From Vicinamibacterales bacterium (GTDB lineage Bacteria; Acidobacteriota; Vicinamibacteria; Vicinamibacterales; UBA8438), in contig OZ252219.1 of the NCBI GenBank assembly GCA_965249105.1, positions 4,823,108 through 4,887,107 of the forward strand: a DNA stretch of 64,000 nucleotides. The letters run 5' to 3'. This document shows, in pieces, positions 9,572 through 20,365 of this stretch. Under the pieces are notes generated by a model that ran no database searches, was not told where the DNA came from, and was given only the letters and a program-made list of their open reading frames with translations. The translations under genes and the position numbers were made by a program. Every line of letters begins with the position of its first letter. Positions within the stretch are counted from its first letter, which is position 1.

Positions 9572-11953
9572 TCATCTCTCGCCGCCAGCCGCCCGGCGCA
9601 TCTGGAACGGTTCACTGTTGATGATCGCCGTCACCAACGACGAAAAGCGATAGTTGTCGGCCTCGGCCTCGCGGACAATCCGACGAACCGCCGGGGCGTC
9701 ATAGTGCTCGGTGCCGCGACCAATCGCGTACATCAGCAGCCTGTCGGCCAACGTGCGAACGAAGCGCTCGGGAGTCGCTACCAGGATACCCCGAAGATCG
9801 TGTATTCCGCTGAACGGTGTCCCGTCCGGCATCGCTCCGGACGCATCGATCGGCCGAAAGCCCACATCGACCTCCCTCCATTTTCCGGTCGCGTCAAACT
9901 GCTCGAGCGCGAAGCCAACAGGGTCGATCGTGGCATGGCACGACGCGCAGACAGGGCTGGCGCGATGCTGCGCCAGCAGCTCGCGCACTGTCAGCACGCG
10001 GCCATCGCTCTGCTTCTGCTCAGGTAGAGGTGGGACGTTTGCCGGCGGCGCCGGGGGCGGCGTCCCGAGCAGGTTATCGAGAATCCACTTCCCGCGAACC
10101 ACCGGCGATGTGCGCGTCGAGCGCGACGTGACGAGGAGCACGAGGCCCTTGCCCAAGAGGCCTCGCCGCGGACTGTCCTCACCGAGATGAACGCGGCGGA
10201 AGTCAGTCCCGACGATGTACGGAATGCCGTAGTGCTTGGCCAATCGTTCGTTGACGAACGTGTAGTCGGTGTCGAGGAGGTCGAGAACGCCGCGATCTTC
10301 ACGGATGATGCTGTCGAAGAACATCTCGATCTCGATTCGGAAGGCACGCCTCAACGCTTCATCGAAGTTCGGAAAGATGGGATCCGACGTCATGGCGGCA
10401 TCGAGGTTACGCACCCACAACCACTGCGCCGCGAAGCTGCTGGTCAGCGCGGAGGCACGCTCATCAGCCAACATCCGACGCACCTGCGCCTGCATCACGC
10501 CGGGCTGGTGCAGGCGACCTCCGGTAGCCAGATCCAGTAGCGCATCGTCTGGAATGCTGCTCCACAAAAAGAACGACAGCCGCGAGGCGAGCTCGAGGTC
10601 GCTGATCTGATAGACCTGGTTCGGCGGTAGGTCGTCGGGATCCTTCTCGATACGGAAAAGAAAATTTGGGTTGGCCAGGATGCCGCGGACGCCGCGCTGG
10701 ATACCGGCTTCGAAGTGTCCCTCTGCCCGACCCTCTGTGTACAGGCTCATCAGCGTGGACACATCGTGGTCGCTGACTGGCCGACGGTACGCCCGACGAG
10801 CCAGGGTCGAAAGAATGGTCCGGGCACATGGCTCTTCTTCTGAAGGCTGGTCCGGAACGCACACAAAGATCCGCTCCCGGTTGGCGGTGTGTCCGGCGCC
10901 GGCTACCGTCAGCGGTCCCTTGATCCAGACATCCGAGACGCCAGGCAACGAGAGATGAGTTTGCGGGGTACCTGGGCCCGCCCCCTGATCCCGCCCGAAG
11001 AAGAGCTTCCGGTCGCCCTCCGACAGCAGTTGCGGACTCTCGTTCACAAAGGCGGCGGTGATGTACCTCGGCCCCGCCTCGATCGGTAGCCGGACCACAT
11101 GGCTCTCAGCCGGTGGTCCGCCATACTCGTCGTCAGTTCGTTCCGGCGCGACGACGTCGAAGAGACCGATCCGCTCACCATCGAGTGCAAGCTCGATGTG
11201 TCCCGTCCCACCGCCGAGCACGTTGACCTCTATCTCGTAGTCGCCGTCGACCGGGAAGATGTGATCGATTCGTATCCCGCCTCGCGTTCCGAAGGGCAGT
11301 CCGTTGAAGTACACGCTCTGATCGAGATCTTCGTGCACTCGGAACTGCAGCTCGGCGGGGGGCGGAGCAGCCCCCACGGCGAGGCGGCTCACGCGGTTCG
11401 CCACAGACAGATAGACCTCCATGAGCGACTCCGTCAGCCGAAGCGAGGACGCGATGTTGTCAAAGGGCGCGTCGCCTCCACCCGAGTTGTCAATCGGAAG
11501 GAGGTTACTGAAGTCCATGTCGACCGCCAGGAGGTCGCGCACGGCGTGCCGGTATTCGGTCCGATTGAGGCGATGGAGGCTCTCCGTGCGCCCGGGATTC
11601 GGATCAATGGCCGCCGCCCGATCGAGCTCGGTCTCGAGCCATGACACGAACCCGTCGTAGACGACCTTCTCGGGGCGGGGTCGCCCTGGCGGAGGCATCA
11701 GACCGCCCCGCAGCTTTCGAACGACCTTCTCCCACAACGCCGAATGCTGACCGACTGCTGACAGGTCGGCGTCGCCGAGATTGAGGTTCCCGGAGGTGAG
11801 GCGAGCGTTATGACATCCCACGCAATACCGGTCGACGACCGCCCGCTGGGTCGCCGCATCGACGGCCTGTTCAGCCTCGGCTCCTCGCACAGAAGGCGCG
11901 GCGAGAACGAGCGCCAGGAAACACGCCGACGCGACGACTGCTTGGCTCTTCAT
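9572..11953 (-). CDS. DUF1592/DUF1588/DUF1587/DUF1595/DUF1585 cytochrome-c protein
   Basis: CVGCH, HRLNRTEY, LASRLSFFLWSSIPD, RTSPVVRGKW, CASCH; start refined to MKSQ. Confidence 0.9.
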   Translation of the reverse strand: MKSQAVVASACFLALVLAAPSVRGAEAEQAVDAATQRAVVDRYCVGCHNARLTSGNLNLGDADLSAVGQHSALWEKVVRKLRGGLMPPPGRPRPEKVVYDGFVSWLETELDRAAAIDPNPGRTESLHRLNRTEYRHAVRDLLAVDMDFSNLLPIDNSGGGDAPFDNIASSLRLTESLMEVYLSVANRVSRLAVGAAPPPAELQFRVHEDLDQSVYFNGLPFGTRGGIRIDHIFPVDGDYEIEVNVLGGGTGHIELALDGERIGLFDVVAPERTDDEYGGPPAESHVVRLPIEAGPRYITAAFVNESPQLLSEGDRKLFFGRDQGAGPGTPQTHLSLPGVSDVWIKGPLTVAGAGHTANRERIFVCVPDQPSEEEPCARTILSTLARRAYRRPVSDHDVSTLMSLYTEGRAEGHFEAGIQRGVRGILANPNFLFRIEKDPDDLPPNQVYQISDLELASRLSFFLWSSIPDDALLDLATGGRLHQPGVMQAQVRRMLADERASALTSSFAAQWLWVRNLDAAMTSDPIFPNFDEALRRAFRIEIEMFFDSIIREDRGVLDLLDTDYTFVNERLAKHYGIPYIVGTDFRRVHLGEDSPRRGLLGKGLVLLVTSRSTRTSPVVRGKWILDNLLGTPPPAPPANVPPLPEQKQSDGRVLTVRELLAQHRASPVCASCHATIDPVGFALEQFDATGKWREVDVGFRPIDASGAMPDGTPFSGIHDLRGILVATPERFVRTLADRLLMYAIGRGTEHYDAPAVRRIVREAEADNYRFSSLVTAIINSEPFQMRRAAGGER

Positions 11954-11961
11954 CGTGCCCC

Positions 11962-12999
11962 TCAACGCGTGTTCAGCCTGAACTCCTGCCCTGGCGCCGT
12001 GATGTGGTCCCCCGACGGCGGGATACGGTCGTCGACCAGCACGAGGCCCTTCGGTCTCGAATTGCCGGGCTTTATCCACGCGATCCGTGAGCCTGTGAAG
12101 ATATCGTCCGGGAACTTTGCTCCGGACAGCGTCAGCGAGTAGAACTGGGTCTCCTGAGGACCAACCTTCTGGACCTTCCAAACGGCCACGTCAGCCTTGC
12201 GGTCGTAATCGTAGCTGACGCCGCGGTAGCCCTCACCGGTTGCGGTCACCACCGAGCTCTCGCCTGGCAGCACGAGCGAGATAGTCACGTCCTCGGCCAC
12301 GAGGCCTTTCCCCGGAGTGCCGGTGTTGCCGACCGTCAGCGTATAGGTCGCCCCGTTGCCACGCTGCTCGCCCGGTCTAATGTGAGCGGTGAGCGGCACG
12401 AGCAGCCCCTCGAGCATGATGAAGTCTAGGATCTCCGCAAGCTGCGACTCGGGTAGCCGCTCTCTCGACCAGTTACCCATCCATGCCGGTGCGTGCTCGT
12501 ACACGATCCCCTTGAAGTGGTCGAGGTCGACCTCCGTGGCCACTCGACCAAGGTCGCGTCGAGGATGCAGCATTTCACCGCTATGACACTGCGTACATCC
12601 GTGGGCCGTCGCGACGCGTTGTCCTGCCGGTGCGGTCTCCGGCGGCGCGGGAACTCGCCAAGCTCCAGGTTCGTCCACCCGGTCGGTGGTGCGCAGGTAC
12701 GCGTAGATGTCTGCCAGCGTCTCGTCGCTTACCCCGGGGAATCGCGGCATCACGCCCCAGGGTTGACGAACGGCCCGTTTGAATTGCGAGAACGTCAGGC
12801 CGCGTCCGCCAGCCAGGTCGGGACCGAAGCCACCTTGTCCGCTGCGGCCATGACACAACCCACACAACGCACCACCTCCAGCTCCCATGAACGCGCGCTG
12901 TCCGTTGGCCGCATCACCTGCCGGGCTTGCAGACTGCGCTGCTGGGCCGGTGGATAGCAACGGCACCAGAATCAGCAAGATCGCAGTGTGCTTGGTCAT
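11962..12999 (-). CDS. diheme cytochrome c with C-terminal Ig-like domain
   Basis: Signal peptide MTKHTAILL; CGLCH and CTQCH. Confidence 0.85.
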   Translation of the reverse strand: MTKHTAILLILVPLLSTGPAAQSASPAGDAANGQRAFMGAGGGALCGLCHGRSGQGGFGPDLAGGRGLTFSQFKRAVRQPWGVMPRFPGVSDETLADIYAYLRTTDRVDEPGAWRVPAPPETAPAGQRVATAHGCTQCHSGEMLHPRRDLGRVATEVDLDHFKGIVYEHAPAWMGNWSRERLPESQLAEILDFIMLEGLLVPLTAHIRPGEQRGNGATYTLTVGNTGTPGKGLVAEDVTISLVLPGESSVVTATGEGYRGVSYDYDRKADVAVWKVQKVGPQETQFYSLTLSGAKFPDDIFTGSRIAWIKPGNSRPKGLVLVDDRIPPSGDHITAPGQEFRLNTR

Positions 13000-13055
13000 C
13001 GTTTTTCCCACACCGAACGTACCATCACGAGACCGGTCGCGGGTCCCCCGGGCCA

Positions 13056-14435
13056 CTAGAGCTCGGCGAGCCCGTCCGGGTGACCAAACTCCTTGAGCTG
13101 ACCGGTACTGTCGCCGAGCTGCTCTGCCGGTACCCCGGCCTTGCCGAGCAATGTGATGAGCAGGTTGGCCTCAGGCACGTAGTCGTCGATCGGATACGCG
13201 AGGTGCCGGCCGCCCTTGATCCGGCCACCGCCGCCACCGATCACGATGTTCGGCAGGTCGATGATCGCATGCTGGTTAGGATTGCCCAACCCGCCGCCGA
13301 ACAACAGCACGATGTTGTCGAGCAGCGACCCCCCATCACCGTCGGGTGTCGCCTGCAGTTTCTCGAGGTAGTAGGACACCAGTTGGACGTGATACGCGTC
13401 GATCTTCGCTACGTCGTCGATCTTCTGTGGGTTGTTCCCATGGTGGGAGCTTGCGTGGTGCTGGCCCACCACGCCGATGTCAGGGTAGGTCCGTGGACTC
13501 AGTTCCCTCGCCATCTGGAACGTGATGACCCTCGTGACGTCGGCTTGATATGCCGCGACCTGTAAATCGAACATCAGCTTGACGTGCTCGTCGAACGTCT
13601 GGGGAATATCCGCCGGACGAGGCGGCAGCTCCAACGTTGGATCATCGGTGTGGGCTTCCGCCCGCTGGATACGCGCCTCGATGTCTCGGACGGATTCGAG
13701 ATACTGAGTCAGTACTCGACGGTCTCCGCTGCCTAGTTGCGTGCGCAGTTCCGAGATCCGATCCGTGACCGCGTCCAGAATGCTGCTACTAGTCTCGAGG
13801 TGACGACGCTGTTCCTCAGGGGTTGCGCCGTCCCCGAACAACCGCTGGAATACGACGCGGGGATGAACCTCCATCGGCAGTGGCGTCGTCGGGTCTTTCC
13901 ACGACACGGTGTTCTGATAGATACAGCTGTACCCCGCGTCGCAGTTCCCTACCATCTGCTCGTTCTGCTCGGTGGCCAACTCGAGCGATGGCAGGACCGT
14001 CTGCTGCCCCAGCACGTCGGCGGCGATTTGGTCGGCGCTGACACCCGCGCGCACGTCGGCGCCCTCGGTGAATTTTGCGTGGGTGCCGGTGATCCATGCT
14101 GCGCTCGCTCTGGAGTGGGGGCCCGGCGGTGATCCCATGGCCTCAGCCTGCAGGTTGGCGAGGCCGCTCACCACGACCAGCTTGTTCCGAAACGGCTCCA
14201 GCGGCTTCAACGATGGCGTGAGATCGAACTGCTCGCCGACGCTCCCCGGCGTCCAGTACTCTCGAATGAAACCGTTCGGCGTGTAGATGAACCCCAACCG
14301 GCGAATGGGAGCCGCTGCCGACTTCGCGACAGCCGTGAACGCCGGCACCATCGCGTCGAGGAGCGGCAGCGTCAGCGAGACTCCCACGCCGCGAAGAAAA
14401 GTCCGACGCGGTAGCGCTCGTCGTGTGACTATCAT
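13056..14435 (-). CDS. DUF1552 family protein (second copy)
   Basis: RRTFLRGVG, SLELATE, GNCDAGYSC. Confidence 0.9.
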   Translation of the reverse strand: MIVTRRALPRRTFLRGVGVSLTLPLLDAMVPAFTAVAKSAAAPIRRLGFIYTPNGFIREYWTPGSVGEQFDLTPSLKPLEPFRNKLVVVSGLANLQAEAMGSPPGPHSRASAAWITGTHAKFTEGADVRAGVSADQIAADVLGQQTVLPSLELATEQNEQMVGNCDAGYSCIYQNTVSWKDPTTPLPMEVHPRVVFQRLFGDGATPEEQRRHLETSSSILDAVTDRISELRTQLGSGDRRVLTQYLESVRDIEARIQRAEAHTDDPTLELPPRPADIPQTFDEHVKLMFDLQVAAYQADVTRVITFQMARELSPRTYPDIGVVGQHHASSHHGNNPQKIDDVAKIDAYHVQLVSYYLEKLQATPDGDGGSLLDNIVLLFGGGLGNPNQHAIIDLPNIVIGGGGGRIKGGRHLAYPIDDYVPEANLLITLLGKAGVPAEQLGDSTGQLKEFGHPDGLAEL

Positions 14436-14455
14436 GGCTTCACCTATCGCGTCCG

Positions 14456-16873
14456 TCACCGTCGCGCGACGTCGGCGACTTGAGCCGAATTCTCCAGCGG
14501 GCCCACGGTGCGCATCTGAAATGGCACGCTTTTCACGATACCGAGAATGAGGGACGAGAAGGAGTTATGGTGCTGCGCGGCCGCGGTCGTGATCCCGCGA
14601 ACGGCCGGCATGTCGTAGTACTCCAGGCCCCGGCCAAGCGCGTAGATCATCATCTTCTCGGTCAAGGTGGCGACGAAGACATCCGATTTCGCGAGCAGCG
14701 CGGCGCGCAAGCCCGCGACACCATCGAAGGACGCCCCGTCCGGCATCTGTCCGGTCGCGTCAACCGGAAGCCCGGCGTCCTTGGTTCGCCATTCCCCCAG
14801 GGGACTGAAATTCTCGAGCGCGAACCCCAACGGGTCCATCACCCGGTGACACGAGGCGCACACCGGGTTCCTGCGATGCTGCTCCATCCGTTGGCGCAGC
14901 GTCCCCTTGAGCTCCGTTGCCTCGAGTGGGGGGACGTCCGCCGGAGGGTTGGGAGGCGGCGCGCCCAGCAGATTCTCGAGCACCCATTTCCCTCGTGTCA
15001 CCGGCGAGGTTCGGTTCGCCTGCGACGTCACCGTCAGAATGCTTGCATGGCCGAGCAGGCCCCGACGATTCTCGTCGGCGACCTGAATCCGTCGGAAATG
15101 ACTGCCGTAGATACTTGGGACCCCATAGTGCCTGGCGAGTCGCTCGTTGACGAAGGTGTAGTCGGCGTCCAAGAAATCCACGACACTCCGGTCCTCACGC
15201 ATGATCGTTTCGAATAACAGTTCCGTCTCGCGTCGCATCGCCTGTCGCAGGTTGTCGTCGAAGTTGGGAAACATATGCGCGTTGGGGTCGATACCCTCGA
15301 CGTTCCGCAACCGCAACCACTGCCCGCCGAAGTTCTTCACGAGTGCTCCCGATCGCTCGTCGGCCAGCATCCGGCGGGTCTGAGCCTCCAGGACGTCGGG
15401 ATCGCTGAGCTCGCCGCTCACCGCCAGTTCGAGCAGCTCGTCATCTGGAACGCTGCTCCACAGAAAGAACGACAGCCGCGAAGCGAGGGTAAGGTTGTCG
15501 ATTCGATATGTATCCCCTGGCGAGAGGTTGGGCGGGTCCGCGACGATCCGGAATAGGAAGTCAGGGCTCGAAATAATGCGCTCCAGGCCGATGCGGATGC
15601 CGGTCTCGAAATCGCCGTCCGCCCGGCCGTGCTGGTAGAAATCCAGCAAGTCGGTAACGTCCGCATTCGTCAAGGGACGACGATACGCCCGCCGCGCCAA
15701 GGTCGCCAAGATTTGCCGCGCACACGACTCCTCAGCTGCATCCCCTGCGGGACGACAGGCAAAGATCCGCTGGCGGCTCGGCGTGTCACCCGGTCCCGTG
15801 GTGTCAAATGGACCGGTGAACGACACTTGGCCGACATACGGGCCAGCGTAGCCTCCCATTCGGGTCAGTCGAAACGACGAGATCCCCGGTGGTCTGAGGA
15901 ACGGCGCGAGGTGATCCTCGAGCTGGCCGGAGGTTGTCTGGATGAAGGTCACAGCCACGTCGTGAAGGCCAGCGTTGATCGGTATACGGATTTCCCAGTC
16001 TGTATTCGCCTGGATATCCGCACCGGGGATCGTGTGCTTGATCGGCTTCTGGTCCATCTTCTCGAGGAAGATCTGCTCGCCGTCGATAGACACCTCGATG
16101 AAGTTCGGCTCTGCCTCCGACTCACCAACCCCGGTGAACGCCTGAAAGCGGATCACGTAGTCGGCGTCAACCGGAAAATAGCGCCGAATAAGGGTGCCCC
16201 CACGAGTGCCGAAGGGAAGCCCCTCGAGCCGATCATCCTGCGACAGATCGGGCGGGACGATGTACGTGTCCCCGTCGGGGGGCAGAGTCACGTCGCCAAC
16301 GGCCACGCGGCTGATTGTGCGCGCGGCAGTCACATACTGATCGAGATGAGTCGGCGTCATCCCGAGGATGCCAGCGATGTTGTCGAAACCGTAGCTCGCG
16401 TCGTCGCGTGGCAGAATCGTGGTGTAGTTCAGCCCCTCGAGCGCCAAGAGGTCTCGGATCGCGTTCGCATACTCGGCACGATTGAGACGGTGCAGCGCCT
16501 CTGTGCGTCCGGGATTCGGATGGGACGCCGCCGCTTGGTCCAGCTTCCGCTCCAACCAGGACGTAAGCGCGTCGTAGACAGCTGGTTCGGGCCGCGGGTT
16601 CCTCGGGGGCGGCATCGCCCCAGCCCGCAGTTTGCGGACGGCTTTCTCGAGCAGTTCGGAGTGCACGTCCATCCGTTCGAGGTCGACACTTTCTAGAGAA
16701 ACGCCAGCGGTCCTGAGCCGATCGCTGTGACACCGGACGCAGTACTGGTCGAGAACGGCTCGGGCGTCAGAGGCAGCGACGATGCTGGCCGGTGACTGCT
16801 CGGCGGTCGCAGAATCGCTTGACGCCACCAGCACCAACGCGGTCGCGAGCACCCAGGGCGCCGTCGTCCTCAC
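14456..16873 (-). CDS. DUF1592-family cytochrome-c protein (second copy)
   Basis: CVRCH, HRLNRAEY, LASRLSFFLWSS, RTSPVTRGKW, CASCH. Confidence 0.9.
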   Translation of the reverse strand: MRTTAPWVLATALVLVASSDSATAEQSPASIVAASDARAVLDQYCVRCHSDRLRTAGVSLESVDLERMDVHSELLEKAVRKLRAGAMPPPRNPRPEPAVYDALTSWLERKLDQAAASHPNPGRTEALHRLNRAEYANAIRDLLALEGLNYTTILPRDDASYGFDNIAGILGMTPTHLDQYVTAARTISRVAVGDVTLPPDGDTYIVPPDLSQDDRLEGLPFGTRGGTLIRRYFPVDADYVIRFQAFTGVGESEAEPNFIEVSIDGEQIFLEKMDQKPIKHTIPGADIQANTDWEIRIPINAGLHDVAVTFIQTTSGQLEDHLAPFLRPPGISSFRLTRMGGYAGPYVGQVSFTGPFDTTGPGDTPSRQRIFACRPAGDAAEESCARQILATLARRAYRRPLTNADVTDLLDFYQHGRADGDFETGIRIGLERIISSPDFLFRIVADPPNLSPGDTYRIDNLTLASRLSFFLWSSVPDDELLELAVSGELSDPDVLEAQTRRMLADERSGALVKNFGGQWLRLRNVEGIDPNAHMFPNFDDNLRQAMRRETELLFETIMREDRSVVDFLDADYTFVNERLARHYGVPSIYGSHFRRIQVADENRRGLLGHASILTVTSQANRTSPVTRGKWVLENLLGAPPPNPPADVPPLEATELKGTLRQRMEQHRRNPVCASCHRVMDPLGFALENFSPLGEWRTKDAGLPVDATGQMPDGASFDGVAGLRAALLAKSDVFVATLTEKMMIYALGRGLEYYDMPAVRGITTAAAQHHNSFSSLILGIVKSVPFQMRTVGPLENSAQVADVARR

Positions 16874-18393
16874 CTCTCCACCTCAAGACCCTTGGCGATC
16901 ATCGCGTCACGGATGATCGCGGCTAGCTCGGGCTGGACGTGGTACGTAATACCCAGGCCAGAGCCTTTCGCAAGGTCCAGCGCCGTTTCGCCGCTCTTCA
17001 TCCTATGGTCGAGCGGCACACCTTCGTCGACCAACCACCTCACGAGACCTTCGGCGCCACGAATGACTGCACCGTGCAGCGCAGATGCTCCCATCCAGTC
17101 GCCTCCGGTGAGGGTCCCGGTCGACGCCGATGCCTCCGCATCGAAGGTGGTCCGGACGTCGTTGCCAAGGGTCTGCAGCAACTGGACAGCTTCGAGCGCC
17201 TCGTCAGGGGTTCCCGGTGATTCGCCAATGGTGTACCCGACTCCTGCGGCTGCCAGGAGCGGGCTGACACCTTGCGTCGTTCCAATGGAAGGGTCGGCGC
17301 CTTTGGTCATCAGAAACCGCATGAACTCCAGGTCGCAGTGCTTCGACGCAATGTAGAACGGCGTGGCGCCGGTGAAGCTGACGCCTGGAAACAGTCCGAG
17401 CGCCATGTGCGGCGGAAAACGCGGGCCGTCGTCCCAGTCGACGCGATCATTGATCTTCGCACCGCGAGTCAGCAGCAGCTCAGCCAGCTCGAGCGTGTCG
17501 ATGTTCCCTGACGGTGTCCTGGGCAGCCAGGGCGACAACCCGCGGTTCCCGGCCCGGCGCATGAAGGCGAGGACGTGAAGTGGACGCCCGTGCAGCGGGT
17601 CGTCGCGGTTCGGATCCGCTCCGCGCTCTAGCAGAAACGCCGCGAGCTCCCAGTGCGCGTTGATCATCGAGAGCACGAGCATGGTCGTGCCATCGGGCGC
17701 AGTCGCGTCGAGGTCGGCACCCTGATCAAGCAGTTCCCGAGTCACGTCGAGGTCTCCGGCCCGCACGGCAAACATCAGGGCGTTCATCCCGGTCCTGGAC
17801 CGTGTCTCTAGATCCGCCCCGGACTCGACGAGCAGGTTCACCGCCGCGCGGTGCCGCTCCGCCGCGGCCCACATCAGTGCGGTTTGGTCCCGGATCCCTT
17901 CCTGGACGTTCAGGTCGGCATCATGGGCCAGGAGTCGTTGCAGCACGTCCACGTGACCGGATCGCGCCGCGATCATCAGTACCGTCTCGCCACTCGTGCC
18001 CCGACTCGTGCTCGGGTCCGCCCCGGCTCGCAGCAGCGCTTCGACGACGGCGACGTGGCCGTTCTGGGCCGCGATCCAGATCGGCGCGATGCCATACCGG
18101 TTTGTCGACGACACCTCCGCTCCGGCCTCGATCAACCGGGTCACGGTGTCCAGGTCACCGTGGTGGGAGGCCCAGTGGAGGGCCGCGGTGCCGTCAGGAC
18201 CGGTCTCGTTCACGTCCACGCCTTGCTCGAGAAGGGTGTCGATCAACGCCCGATCGAGGCGCTTGGCCGCAGTAGTCAGCGAGGTGTCACTCGCGGCCTC
18301 ACCGGCTTCCACCGAGCCAGCCCAGACAGCGAGCGCGAGCACCACACCCCCGCGCAGGCTAGAACGCCGAATCCTCGTGATTCTGCTACCCAT
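16870..18393 (-). CDS. secreted ankyrin-repeat protein
   Basis: Repeated GxTALHWA/TALMWAA motifs; start refined to MGSRIT. Confidence 0.9.
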   Translation of the reverse strand: MGSRITRIRRSSLRGGVVLALAVWAGSVEAGEAASDTSLTTAAKRLDRALIDTLLEQGVDVNETGPDGTAALHWASHHGDLDTVTRLIEAGAEVSSTNRYGIAPIWIAAQNGHVAVVEALLRAGADPSTSRGTSGETVLMIAARSGHVDVLQRLLAHDADLNVQEGIRDQTALMWAAAERHRAAVNLLVESGADLETRSRTGMNALMFAVRAGDLDVTRELLDQGADLDATAPDGTTMLVLSMINAHWELAAFLLERGADPNRDDPLHGRPLHVLAFMRRAGNRGLSPWLPRTPSGNIDTLELAELLLTRGAKINDRVDWDDGPRFPPHMALGLFPGVSFTGATPFYIASKHCDLEFMRFLMTKGADPSIGTTQGVSPLLAAAGVGYTIGESPGTPDEALEAVQLLQTLGNDVRTTFDAEASASTGTLTGGDWMGASALHGAVIRGAEGLVRWLVDEGVPLDHRMKSGETALDLAKGSGLGITYHVQPELAAIIRDAMIAKGLEVER

Positions 18394-18618
18394 CAAATGG
18401 GCCTGGTCTCTTCCTGGGTCTACGCGGCGTGGGCACGCGAGGCCCGCAGTTCCAGAGCCTAGCCCACCAACTTGCAGTATAGACCACCAGCGTGACTCCC
18501 CCTCGGGACCAGCCAGGTCCGTGGTACGCGTTAGGCGGGTCCGTTCTTGGCCGGTTGAACGGGGGTGCGAGCGGGTCTCACGCTCCACAGGCCCGGCTCG
18601 ACGGGGCGAGGCTGTGCC

Positions 18619-20361
18619 CTACTTGTCGTACGGCTCCGTCGCGGTGGGCTGGCCCTGGACATCGACAGCCGTGACGACGAGAAGCGGGAACTCAGCGTCG
18701 TCCAATGAGTCGACCCGCTGGAAGTTCCCTCGAGATGGCTCAACAACGATGTCCCCAACGGCGAAGACAGCGCCCACGGTGAGCAACCCGGTGTCGTTGA
18801 CCATCGGTGGCTCTGGCGGCTCCAGCCCCCGGTCTCGATAGGCCGCACGTAGAAGCTCTGCAGTATGGGGCTGCGCTTTGTAGAAACCGGCGAAGAACAC
18901 GCCGTCCGCGAGCGAGGTCGGCGTCCATCCCAGTACGTTCTCCACGCCCAGCTTTGCGCCATGGTTCAGCAGATACGTCGCGACGCGGTTCCAGCCACGA
19001 TAGGAGGGACCGAACAACGGAGTTTCGCCGTTGTTGTTGACGGCGTTGACGTCGAAGCCAAGTTCCTCCACCAGATACCGCACTGCTGCAAGGGCCTCGG
19101 TTTCGGTACCCGCATCCTCGTTCGGATTGAGCGTCGAGCCGCCTGCGGCCAAAAGCAACGGCGTGTCATTGTCACGGTTCAGGATCCGGGTATCGGCGCC
19201 GTGGTCGACCAGTAACTTCATCATCGGAAGGTCGACGAGCTTCGAGGACAGTAGAAAGGCCGTCGCCCCAAACCTGATCATGCGGTTCCGGTACCCGTCG
19301 GCGAAGCTCTTGTCCATCTGCGCATCGATGTCGACGCCGCTGGCCAGGATTCTTGCTGCGAGCTCCAAACTGTCCAGCGTTCCGGTCGGTTCGGGATTGA
19401 GGGGCCCGAACTTGGCGTTGAGCCGGCGGGTCCAGGCAACCTGATGCAGTGCGGTGTATCCGGGCCCGAGGTTCGGATCCGCCCCTTGGTCGAGGAGGTA
19501 CGCTGCGAGCTCGTAGTGGCGGTTCTCGATGGCGAGGATCAGATTCGCTCGGCCGTCAGGCTTCCCGTCGTTCACGTCGGCGCCGGCCGCGAGCAGCGCC
19601 GCGACCGCCCCGATGTGGCCTTCACGACTCGCCCAGTTGATCGGGGTCAGCTCCCAGCCGTCCAGGTTGACGGCCCAGGTGGGGTCACGATGCGCTCGAA
19701 GGCCGATCGGATCGTTGACCCGCGATATCCGCCCTCCAATCTGAGGCATCTCCGATGGCCCAGTCGACCGCGCGTCGACGTTGGCTTTCGAGCCGGTTGA
19801 CGGATTCCCCTCCTGCACCAATACTTCGATGGCGCCTACGTTGCCCGCGGCCGCCGCGTGCATGAGCGCCGTTTGACCTCGTGCCGATTCGCTGACATTT
19901 GGGTCTGCGCCGTGGCGCAGGAGCGCCCGAAGCGCGGCGGGGCGACCGGCTCGGGCCACCATCATCAGGACTGGCTCGCCATTCACCAGCGAGTTCGGAT
20001 CCTCCCCGGCCTGCAGCAACCGCTCGATGACCCCCGCGTGCCCTTTGTAACACGCGAGCGACAACGGCGTGGCACCGTTCCGGGTCGTCGCGTTCGAGTC
20101 GGCACCGGCATCAAGCAGCAGGTCTGTCGATGTCACGTCGCCGAGATGGGCTGCCCAATGGAGAGCGGTCGTACCATCGAGCTCCGCAGAGTTGGCGTTG
20201 GCCCGCTCAGCCAATAGCGCGCGAACCGCAGCCGCATCACCCTGCCTGACCGCGTCGATCAGTGGGACCTCAGCGGCACCCGTCTGCCCGGGCAAGACAC
20301 CGGTCAGAACGACACAGACACCGACGAGAGAAACGTCCAGGCGACGGCGCAACATTGACAC
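18619..20361 (-). CDS. secreted ankyrin-repeat protein
   Basis: GTTALHWAA, GATPLSLAC, GQTALMHAA; signal peptide. Confidence 0.9.
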   Translation of the reverse strand: MSMLRRRLDVSLVGVCVVLTGVLPGQTGAAEVPLIDAVRQGDAAAVRALLAERANANSAELDGTTALHWAAHLGDVTSTDLLLDAGADSNATTRNGATPLSLACYKGHAGVIERLLQAGEDPNSLVNGEPVLMMVARAGRPAALRALLRHGADPNVSESARGQTALMHAAAAGNVGAIEVLVQEGNPSTGSKANVDARSTGPSEMPQIGGRISRVNDPIGLRAHRDPTWAVNLDGWELTPINWASREGHIGAVAALLAAGADVNDGKPDGRANLILAIENRHYELAAYLLDQGADPNLGPGYTALHQVAWTRRLNAKFGPLNPEPTGTLDSLELAARILASGVDIDAQMDKSFADGYRNRMIRFGATAFLLSSKLVDLPMMKLLVDHGADTRILNRDNDTPLLLAAGGSTLNPNEDAGTETEALAAVRYLVEELGFDVNAVNNNGETPLFGPSYRGWNRVATYLLNHGAKLGVENVLGWTPTSLADGVFFAGFYKAQPHTAELLRAAYRDRGLEPPEPPMVNDTGLLTVGAVFAVGDIVVEPSRGNFQRVDSLDDAEFPLLVVTAVDVQGQPTATEPYDK

Positions 20362-20365
20362 TCCA